A stretch of DNA of 64,000 nucleotides from contig NW_018404943.1 in the NCBI RefSeq assembly GCF_002113885.1, positions 1,425,236 to 1,489,235 on the forward strand. Reading direction: 5' to 3'. Below the pieces are notes generated by a model. That model saw only the letters and a program-made list of their open reading frames with translations, made no database searches and had not been told where the DNA came from. This document shows positions 53,801-64,000 of this stretch, piece after piece; within the stretch, counting starts at the first letter, position 1; every line of letters begins with the position of its first letter. Source of the stretch: Mizuhopecten yessoensis. Lineage: Eukaryota. The position numbers were made by a program, and so were the translations under genes.

Positions 53801-56800
53801 ACAAATTGTACCAAATCGCACAGTTGTGCTGGGAGAACGATGGTTAAATCGCCCAGTTGTGCGCACCATGTGTGGACGATGTGCGGACGGTGTGTGAACG
53901 ATGTACGCACGGTGTGCGCACGGTAGTTTTGGTGCGTTGTGCGGTCACACAACTGTATTGCATATAAACATATAACTGTAGCACACTATTTGTATAATTA
54001 CAGGAGGGTCCTATATTTACCCATACACTGTCGGTAAACATGACGGCGCTAGTTCCTCTATCAACACCACAACAATCAATGGCGGGGCTGTGTGTATCCA
54101 GTTCTGGTACGCCATGACACAATCTGCCTCCAATCTGGAAGTCTTGGTGGTTAACAACGGTCAGGAAATGTCGCTATGGAAACAGACTGGTCGTTATGGA
54201 AATGATTGGAGGAAGGCGACATTGGCTGTTTCCAGTCATGTTCCATTTAAGGTAATGATATTATATAGCAGCCAACTGCCTCACCTTCATGTGTTATAGA
54301 TATCATACATATGACACGATGGAACAACGTCTTTATCATCATCTGCAGTGGGAACAGAAAATGGTACTATAAACCAAACCACTTTTAACAAATCAGATCA
54401 TCAAATATTTCTATATCTTTGCAACAAAAAAAATCGCGCTTTACAATGTAATTTACATTTCCTTTGTACAGTCCACAGGTAGACCTAAATTAATGTATCA
54501 ACCAATGATTTTTCTTATAATCGAACAACAGCAGGAATCACTGAAAGTTTCGAATCGGAAACTGTTCGGGTCTTACCGTCAAACTGTTTGAGGAATCGAT
54601 CTCAATATCATGGCCTGACGTGACGTAAAATTTAAATTTACACGGCAAAACGTAAATTAAAAATCCGTGTCAGATTAAGACAGGTGTATTGGCTTCCTTA
54701 TTATTGTTACCCTAGAAACCGTCAGATTTTTACAAATGTAGAAAACTCTTCGTCAAATGAGGATATATCGAAGTATCTGTTATTTTACCAGAGGGACATA
54801 CATACTTGACACTTGCCGAGTCAATATCTTAATTCCATTATCTTAAGAATGCATACTGATAAAAAAAGCAATCACAAATTACATATAAAAAAGTAGGATT
54901 TTGAAATATCTCCACTTGCACTGTGTCGCCGCTCATGGAGAAGAAAGTAATACACTCGAACCTGACACGTATTAAGACTCAGACTCAGTACCAGTAACTA
55001 ATGTATTCTTCTTATAACTCAAAGCAATTTTTAATACGCTTTTGTAATTTCGAACGAGTTTGCCCCGTAGACCGCAGATACGCCTGTTGTTATTGAAACA
55101 TGCATGTTTTATTTATGTAGTATTTCCTTTTGTGTTGCATTCTGGTATCAAAGGACATTACATCGTTAACTGATATTATGGTTTAATAATACATGATCAC
55201 CGTTTATTTCTTTTTCTTTTCACATTGTCCAATTCCAAGCTCCGTAGTATGTAGATGTTTACACAGTAGAAAAAGATAATACATACAGTTATGTACATGT
55301 AACCATGTATATTATGTATATTTTTCAGATTCGATTCAAATCTGTCAGAATCAACTTTGACTCAAAACTTGGCTTAGATGATGTAAAGATTTGGAAATTT
55401 CCAAACACTACGACACTATCAATGACGTCTGAAACGACGACACAAACGACCAAAACGTTGCCATTGACAACACCAATATCATCAACAACAACACAAACAA
55501 GTAAACCTTCGACAACAACGCCAACGACAACAACACCCACTACAACACCACCAACGACAACAACACCAACGACAACCACACCAACGCCAACAACACCAAC
55601 GACAACAACAACAACGACAACAACAACAACGACAACAACACCAACGAAAACCACACCAACGAATACAACACCAACGACGACAACACCACCGACAACCACA
55701 CCAACATCGCCACCACCAACGACGACAACACCAACGTCGACAACACCAACGCCAACCACACCAACGACGACAACACTAACGACAACCACACCAACGTCAA
55801 CAACACCAACGACAACCACACAAACGACAACAACACCAACGACAACGACACCAACGACAACAACGCCAACGACAACCACACCAACGACCACAACCCCAAC
55901 GACAACCACACCAACCACAACAACACCAACGACAACCACACCACCGACAACCACACCAACGACAACAACTCCAACGACAACCACACCAACGAACACAACT
56001 CCAACGACAACCACAGCAACGACAACAACACCAACGACACCGACAACAACGACAACAACGACAACGAAAACAACGACAACGTTAACAACACCACCGACAA
56101 CAACACCAACGACAACCAAACCAACGACAACAACACCAACGAAAACAACACTAACACCACACCAACGACGACAACACCATCGACTACAACACCAACGACA
56201 ACCACACCCACGACGACAACACCAACGACAACCACACAAACGACAACAACACCAACGACAACAAAACCAACGATAACCACACCAACGACAACCACACCGA
56301 CGACAACAACACCAACGACAACCGCACCAACTACAACCACACCAACGACAACAACTCCAACGACTACAACACCAAGGACAACCACACCAACGACAACAAC
56401 CCCAACGACAACCACCCCAACGACAACAACACCAACGATAACCACACCAACGACAACCACACAAACGACAACAACACCAACGACAACACCCCCAACGACA
56501 ACCACTCCAACGACAACCACTCCAACGACAACCACTCCAACGACAACCACTCCAACGACAACCACTCCAACGACAACCACACCAACGAAAACCACACCAA
56601 CGACGTCAACACCAACGACGACCACACCAACGACAACCACACCGACGACAACAACACCAACGACAACCGCACCAACTACAACCACACCAACGACGACAAC
56701 TCCAACGACAACCACACCAACGACCACAACACCAACGAAAACCACACCAACGTCGACCACACCAACGACGACAACACCCTCGACGACAACACCAACGACA

Positions 56801-58953
56801 ACCATACCAACGACGACAACACCAACGACAACAAGACCAACGACAACCACACCAACGAAAACCACACCAACGAAGACAACACCAACGACAAACACACCAA
56901 CGACAACCACACCAACTCCAACAACACCAACGACAACACCACCAACGACAACCCCACCAACGACACCAACACCAACGACAACCACACCACCGACAACAAC
57001 ACCAACGACAACGACACCAACAACAACAACACCAACGACAACGACAACAACGACAACAACAACAACGACAACCACACCAACGACAACGACACCAACAACA
57101 ACAACACCAACGACAACAACCCCAACGACAACCACACCAACCACAACAACACCAACGACAACAACACAAACGACAACGACAACAACGACAACAACGACAA
57201 AGACAACAACGCCAACGTTAACAACACCAACGACACCAACACCACCGACAACAACACCAACGACAACGACACCAACAACAACAACACCAACAACAACAAC
57301 ACCAACAACAACAACACCAACGACAACCCCCCCAACGACAACCACACCAACGACCACAACACCAACGAAAACCACACCAACGACAACCACACCAAGGACA
57401 ACCACACCAACGACAACAAAACCAACGACAACCACACCAACGAAAACCACACCAACGACAACTACACCAACGACAACAACACCAACAACGACAACACCAA
57501 CGACAACCACACCAACAACGACAACACCAACGACAACCACACCCACGACAACAACACCAACGACAACAGTACTAACGACAACCACACCAACGTCGACAAC
57601 ACTAACGACGACAACACCAACGACAACCGCACCAACTACAACCACACCAACGACAACAACTCCAACGACTACAACACCAAGGACAACCACACCAACGACA
57701 ACAACCCCAACGACAACCACCCCAACGTCGACCCCACCAACGTCGACAACACCAACGACAACCACACCCACGACGACCACACCAACGACGACCACACCAA
57801 CGACAACCACACCGACGACAACAACACCAACGACAACCTCACCAACGACGACAACGCCAACGACAACCACACCAACGACAGCAACACCAACGACAACCAC
57901 ACCAGCGACAACAACACCAACGACAACACCCCCAACGACAACCACTCCAACGACAACCACACCAACGAACACAACTCCAACGACAACCACAGCAACGACA
58001 ACAACACAAACGACAACGACAACAACGACAACGCTAACAACACCAACGACAACAACACTAACGACAACCACACCAACGACGTCAACACCAACGACTACAA
58101 CACCAACGACAACCACACCCACGACGACAACACCAACGACAACATCACCAACGACAACAACACCAACGAAAACAACACTAACACCACACCAACGACGACA
58201 ACACAAACGACAACCACACCAACGACAACGACACCAACGACAACAACGACAACGACAACACCGACAACGTTAACAACACCAACGACAACAACACCCACTA
58301 CAACACCACCAACGACAACAACCCCAACGACAACCACACCAACGACAATAACACCAACGACAACAACACTAACGACAACCACACCAACGACGTCAACACC
58401 AACGACGACCACACCAACGACAACCACACCGACGACAACAACACCAACGACAACCTCACCAACGACGACAACGCCAACGACAACAACACCCACTACAACA
58501 CCACCAACGACAACAACCCCAACGACAACGACAACAACAACAACAACTACAACGACAACCACACCAACGACAATAACACCAACGACAACAACACTAACGA
58601 CAACCACACCAACGACAACGACACCAACGACAACAACGACAACGACAACAACGACAACAACGACAACGACAACAACGACAACGTTAACAACACCAACGAC
58701 AACAACACCAACGACAACGACACCAACAACAACAACACCAACGAAAACAACACTAACGACAACAACACCAACGACAACGCAAATGACAACGCAAACGATC
58801 ACTCAAACGATGAAACCAACAACTTCTACGTCGATCAAACCTCAACATCCAAACTCCGGTTTTTCGGCTATAAACCAGCAAAACGAAATATCCTCTGGAA
58901 AGGTTCATAACACTGATATCCTCATGTTTTATTTGCATTCGTCATGGTCGTAG
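47816..58953 (+). CDS. Gene B2: secreted MAM-domain mucin-like protein with (PTTTT)n tract; as assembled a frameshift at ~56157 gives a stop at 56276 (~486 aa), while the ancestral stop is TAG 58951-58953
   Basis: Exons 47816-47846, 50392-50625, 54004-54251, 55329-(56276/58953); exons 1-3 have the same sizes as in B1 (31/234/248). Signal peptide MKLAWTSVLLHFLTSAWLFSDA and MAM motifs. The same -1 frameshift motif occurs at ~56157 and ~58184. C-terminus HNTDILMFYLHSSWS*. Confidence 0.8.
51103..53955. mobile_element. TA-flanked DNA transposon remnant (Tc1/mariner-like TIRs) carrying nested insertions
   Basis: TA|CATTTGTGGGATCGCACAACG ... CGTTGTGCGGTCACACAACTG|TA, with subterminal GTGTGCGCACG repeats. 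Absent from B1 intron 2 (~14535). Confidence 0.7.
51540..52670 (+). mobile_element. 3' fragment of a non-LTR retrotransposon (ORF2 C-terminal CCHC region + 3'UTR)
   Basis: ORF 51750-52187 has KLRLSSHQLYVEEGRY...LCRYC....EDEFHFVLICP, typical of LINE ORF2 C-termini. Ends in AATAAA plus an (ACAAT)n tail at ~52643-52669. Confidence 0.75.
55505..58780 (+). repeat. Coding 15-bp repeat (CCAACGACAACCACA; PTTTT), ~3.3 kb
   Basis: Visible directly; internal block duplications. Confidence 0.93.
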
Positions 58954-60231
58954 AGAATCAATGGAGATCTCGCGAGAATACCTTTATGTCCTTTAGTATA
59001 ACATTACAAGAAATATTCTTGAGAACTGTATACGTACAATGTATGACTCCTGATCAGGCAAAAGTATGCAGGCTTTCCCAGCAAAACATATGTTATCAAT
59101 CCGACAATCATCGAATTGAATTTTAATGATCACTTATAAAACGCTGAAGCCGACTCTAAAATTCGATGTTGACAATACTTACTGTAAATATGTACACTCG
59201 TCTTTTATTCACCTAGTTGATTTTCTATAAACTTGCCGACAGTCGTTTTTTTTAACGTTTTCGACAATCACATGTAATTTGAGAACGAATTACAGCAATG
59301 AGTTATGTACATTTCCGATGACGTTCTGTCTGTAAAACTATTGATAGTGAGTTATTATAAGTATTAATTTAACCCGTATCAATGATCATTTTATCTTTGT
59401 TACCTTTGTTATATTTCTTTTTCAAACTTATGAATATGGGTACAATTATAAGAATGCAATGTAACCTGTACTTTAATGAACACCTGTAGGTGTAATTTGA
59501 TTTTTGATTTTTGAAAAGTTTTATTTGCGACAAAATGTTGTTTTCTGATGATTATGTAGATTATTTGTAATCAAATATACTACATTTTGTAAATAGTATA
59601 TCCTCATCAACGACGATTTGCTAATAAAACAATTATATGTACCACAGTACACTATTGTAGTTTTCCTTTACTTTTTGTTTTTTCTTGTATTACAATATTT
59701 GTAGATATATAACAAGTGAATTATGATTGTCTAAAACGTTTGACACTGTAAAGTAGCCTTTATATTTAACAAATGATCGTTGTAATGCTTTTATATTTTC
59801 TCAAGTTGATACTATTTCTGATATAAGTAAGTACTTACAGTTATCATATAATAATAGGCAACAGTATTACGCAGTTAGCACTAACAATAACATTGTTATT
59901 TCCCGTATTCGAGGAGAAGGCGTTGATGAGATGATATTACGAGTGTCTTCTTGCACAAAACATTGACAATAACTATGATTGAACTAAACATATATAGACT
60001 AGCGACAACACCAACGGACATAATGAACATGTCGGTATAAGTATCTGTAAGCAAAAACAAAGGTACACGTAATGCCAACACTATGTAAGCAACTATCATG
60101 GACCCTTCAAAACTGGAGTCCGAACTACACTAGCCCAAGCTGAAGGGTAAGTGTTTCCTGTGTCACACGTGGCTCCATCCAAAATGTCCCCCGTAAAATC
60201 TGGGACAGTGTATATTATTCTACAACTTTTT

Positions 60232-60585
60232 ACAGGTGTGTCTCCCTTTTAAGGGGAGATTGTATCAATCTTTTCCGGCTTGAAAGGAAGACATTCCTGT
60301 GAAAGAGCCGAGGGTTAGACAACTAAACAAACATCACCCGAGGGTTGGAGATTACTCTGTCACACCCTCCGGGAAGGGGATGATAATTTTTATCCCATAC
60401 CGACAGTAGTGAAAACAAAAACAAATGTGGGGCATGGGTATCGTCATCCACTTTTGATGACGTCACAATTACAGGTGACGCATTTAATGACGTCACAATT
60501 GAACACGTGCTAATCGGCACGAGGTTATCTTCCCCTAGGGGGTGATAAGCTGATCTTTCCCGGCTAAAACGAGAGACACACCTGT
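60232..60585. mobile_element. Inverted-repeat-bounded non-autonomous element (Crypton-like or unclassified)
   Basis: 13-bp inverted repeat ACAGGTGTGTCTC ... GAGACACACCTGT, with internal TGACGTCACAATT duplicates. Confidence 0.45.
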
Positions 60586-60989
60586 GAAGGGTGGGAGAAC
60601 AGCTTGTCGTCCTCTCGGGGGAGCCTCGTGCGGAATGGCGCGGTCTAAGTCAAAACAATAGTATGACGACATGTCAATAATGCATTGGCGTCACGTCAAT
60701 AGTAGCAGATCAAGGATGCTGGAAAACATGCAACCAACACTTATACTTCATGCAATCACCGCTAGTCGTGTGTGAGTGAAACAGGATGGGAGAAAACAAG
60801 CATCCCCTACCAATAAAGGAGTACGGCAAAGCCTCATGTACGTTAGACAATCAAGAATATCACCACTCCGGTTAAATATGTATCTGTCATACCCCAAAGG
60901 TAGAGGAAGATTATATTAGTCACCACACCGATCTAAGACAGTGCCATGATGTCTCTAATTGTGTTATATATGACTTAATTTAGCTAGGG

Positions 60990-63090
60990 AAGCTTATGCA
61001 TGAACTCAGTCTAAAGCAAAGCTTGCCATCTCCAAATATGTTAGTGATAAGAGATGAACATGTGTTTGAAAAAAGTAAAATAGCAAACCAGTTCAATGAA
61101 TATTTTACTGAGATTGCTGGTAAACTGACGTCTCAACTTGAACATGTTACGGCCTCTTTCCAGAAGTTGAAAGAGTATATATGTGATAAACTGAATGATA
61201 ATATCAACTTTGTCATTCCCAATGTGTCTCATGATTTTGTAATTCAGTTTTTTGAAAGGTTTGGACGAACATAAAGCTACTGGTGTTGGTGATGTTAGTG
61301 CTAAGCTGTTGAAAATGGTTCATGCTGAAATAGCACTTACCTATATTAAAAACCTAAGTATCCGGTCTGGTAAATTTCAAACTCAGTGGAAGATGGCAAG
61401 AGTTACCCCCCCCCCCCCCCTTCATAAAAGTGGTAGTACTGCTGATGTTAGCAACTACAGGCCAATATCGGTTTTGCCAGTACAGTCTAAAATTATTGAA
61501 AAACATGTGCACAGTACTTTTTACAAATACCTAACTGCTAATGATCTTATAGTATCATCGCAATCAGATTTCCGTGAAAGTCACTCATGTGAAACTGCAC
61601 TTTTTAATTTTGTCAACTCATGGGCAAAGAACATAGATGATGGTCTTAATTAATACAGAAGTCATACTTTTAGATTTTAAAAGGGCGTTTGATTTGGTAG
61701 ACCATGATGTTTTACTTAGAAAAATGGCTCTGTACGGAATCGAACAGAATTCATTGTCATGGTTTAAATCTTATCTAGACAACAGGACTCAAGTAGTATC
61801 TCTTGCAGGTCATATGTCAGAAGTCCGTACAATTACACATGGTGTGCCTCAAAGATTAATTCTTGGTCCCCCTATGTTTTTAATTTTTATAAATGACTTG
61901 CCCCTACATGTTGTATCTGACACTAATATGTATGCAGACGACTCTACCTTATCTGCTGTTGATAAGTCGTTAGATAACATCAACAGTATATTCCAATCTG
62001 ATTTAGACAATGTTAGTGAATGGTGTATCGAAAATAAAATGATGATAAATGTCAAGAAAACAAAATGTATGTCCATTGCCTCAAAACAAAAGCAAAAAAG
62101 AACCTGTTTAATTTAGAAATATTTATGTGCAATTACCCCTTGAACAAGTTTGCAGTGTTACATCTATTTTATCTAGAATAAGGCAAATGTTACGGTTATT
62201 GAGACGTATAAGCCCATATTTACCTACGGAAGAAAAGCTAAAAAGAAACAATTCTTGCGTTTTCCCACATTTTATGTATTGCAGTACGGTATGGTCAGAG
62301 TGTACCGCAAATTTAATGGGCAAGCTGCTTAAGACTCAGAAGCAAGCAGCTAGACTAATTTTAAATGTACCATTTGACACACCTTCAAGGCAAATGTTTG
62401 AACTTCTTAGATGGATGCCGATTGACAATATTATAAATACAGAAGGTTGTGCATGCTATATAAATGTCATCATCAGGTAGTGCCTGAATATTTATCAAAT
62501 AATGTGTCTCTAGCTAGTGCGAGATGGTCACTGTAGGAATACAAGATTTGTTATTGAAAATAATCTTAAAGTACCAAAACATAGAACTGTTTTTTATTCC
62601 AGACACTTTCTTATTTACAGTATTAACGACTGGAATGTTTTACCCAGTGACCTAAAGAAAATAGACTAGTTTACCACTTTCAAACGAAAACTTATTAACT
62701 ATTGTATAGCAATGTCTTAGATTTTAATTTGTTTCTCCATGTAACCAAAACTTGTCACTTTCTAAATAGACTTCTTATCTAAATTATATCAATATTTTAG
62801 ATTATGCTATGTAAGCGTATTTGATGAAATACCTTTGCATGAAACTTTATGTATTCTGTCATACTCTTAACTAAGATAACTGTGATATAACCTTGGATAT
62901 GTCGATTGCATCAATATATATGTAACTTTTAACTGGCACATGCATTTTGCTAGCAAGATTATCATGTTTATTTATAAATATGTTATTTTATCAAACACAT
63001 GTATTTTACTAACAAGAGGACCATGTGGAAGATTAGCCTTTGGCTAAACATGTATTTTATCCTCAATAAATAAAGTTTATTATAATTATT
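60990..63090 (+). mobile_element. 5'-truncated, frameshifted CR1/L2-group LINE (reverse transcriptase pseudogene)
   Basis: Consecutive broken ORFs carry the RT motifs NYRPISVLP, HSCETAL, LDFKRAFDLVDH, GVPQ, FLIFINDLP and YADDSTL. The 3' end is AATAAATAAAG plus a (TTA)-rich tail. Confidence 0.9.
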
Positions 63091-63173
63091 ATGTCTTAAT
63101 GATCTTCAGTAGATAAATCTGGCTACGTAATATATGAATTAACGGCGAATGCATTGAACCATAATAAAAACCA

Positions 63174-63401
63174 GACGGACACAGTGTTGGGGTGGCTGAT
63201 ACATGCATGTTACAAACTAAATATAACTATATAAAATATATATTTATATATAACTCATGTATAAACATAGCTATTGAATGTAAGGTGTACGAATAGTGAA
63301 AGACCACCTGCGAGTGGACACTTTATTGTTCGGGGGGCTGATTCCAGGGCTCCTCAACTCTGGCAGCCTTCANTTTTATTAAAAAAAAAAAAAAAAAAAA
63401 A
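63174..63401 (+). mobile_element. Short poly(A)-tailed retroelement 3' end flanked by an 83-bp direct repeat
   Basis: A-run at 63381-63402; 63091-63173 is repeated at 63402-63484 with one mismatch. Confidence 0.5.
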
Positions 63402-64000
63402 ATGTCTTAATGATCTTCAGTAGATAAATCTGGCTACGTAATATATGAATTAACGGCGAATGCATTAAACCATAATAAAAACCATAATCATCAACAGAAA
63501 TTGTATTAGATTGTAAAATCTTAAATCATATTTGATTTACCTTAAATTCAATCCTTTTGGCCCTACATTGAACCTCCGTGTTTTAACAATAATGTGAATG
63601 GCCTTAAAATGACTCTGTATAACCGTACTTATAGAGAATCTGTATTTACCTAAACTGAATATCTATGATCCTTCATTTTATTTGTACAAGACTACATTGA
63701 ACACGTATATCCTAACTTGTAAAACAGTTTTTCCATTCACATATTTCTCTGATCTGTAAAACAATCCTTGCAGGTTTTTCTTACAAAAAGCAATAGTTCT
63801 TTTATATCAAGCATCTGTAACCATATTTAAATGTTAGATTTCTAGATAGAATGCTGTCAATATTGAAAGAACTTTAAGTGATATCACCAATTAAAACTAT
63901 GTATCATAGCAAGATAAAGTAAGGCTTGTTGGAAATTTATCCTCTTAATAATTCATTTTTGAAAGTATTTCTGATCTTGTTTTATAAATTGATAGGACAT

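Noticed and set aside
4358-58802. Long minus-strand Val/Gly-, Met/Phe/Ser-, Leu/Ser- and Cys-rich ORFs over the mucin tracts (e.g. 17120-20122, 39407-40120, 55540-58206)
   Set aside because: These are antisense shadows of low-complexity ACN/CCA repeats. They are largely confined to the repeats and have no independent gene structure.
60996-62480. Functional reverse transcriptase gene
   Set aside because: Multiple frameshifts and stops, 5' truncation, and a degenerate GVPQG motif indicate a dead LINE copy.

Overview
This is AT-rich eukaryotic DNA with GT-AG introns. The repeat families (V-SINEs, Helentron/HINE-like elements, Crypton-like palindromes) suggest a bivalve mollusc, which is an inference. 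The window holds a tandem cluster of + strand, 4-exon genes encoding signal peptide + one MAM domain + a Thr/Pro-rich mucin tract, in the order A1 (203-5546), B1 (9480-22277), a decayed fragment (27619-28946), A2 (31060-40534) and B2 (47816-58953). This looks like a duplicated A-B pair. A genes are intact type-I membrane mucins with a TM helix and cytoplasmic tail. B genes have no in-frame TM; their C-terminus looks like a frameshifted relic of the A-type TM, and their repeat tracts carry stops or frameshifts. B1 has an unusual ~4.4 kb array of a 24-bp unit encoding a Trp/Arg-rich mucin (PPWRTSTT)n, whose other forward frames read as Met/Asn-rich and His-rich repeats. Introns and intergenic DNA contain non-autonomous DNA transposons (several confirmed by empty sites in the paralog), SINEs, LINE fragments and minisatellites. 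Exon models were built by eye from splice signals, phase and paralog comparison; no database search was run.
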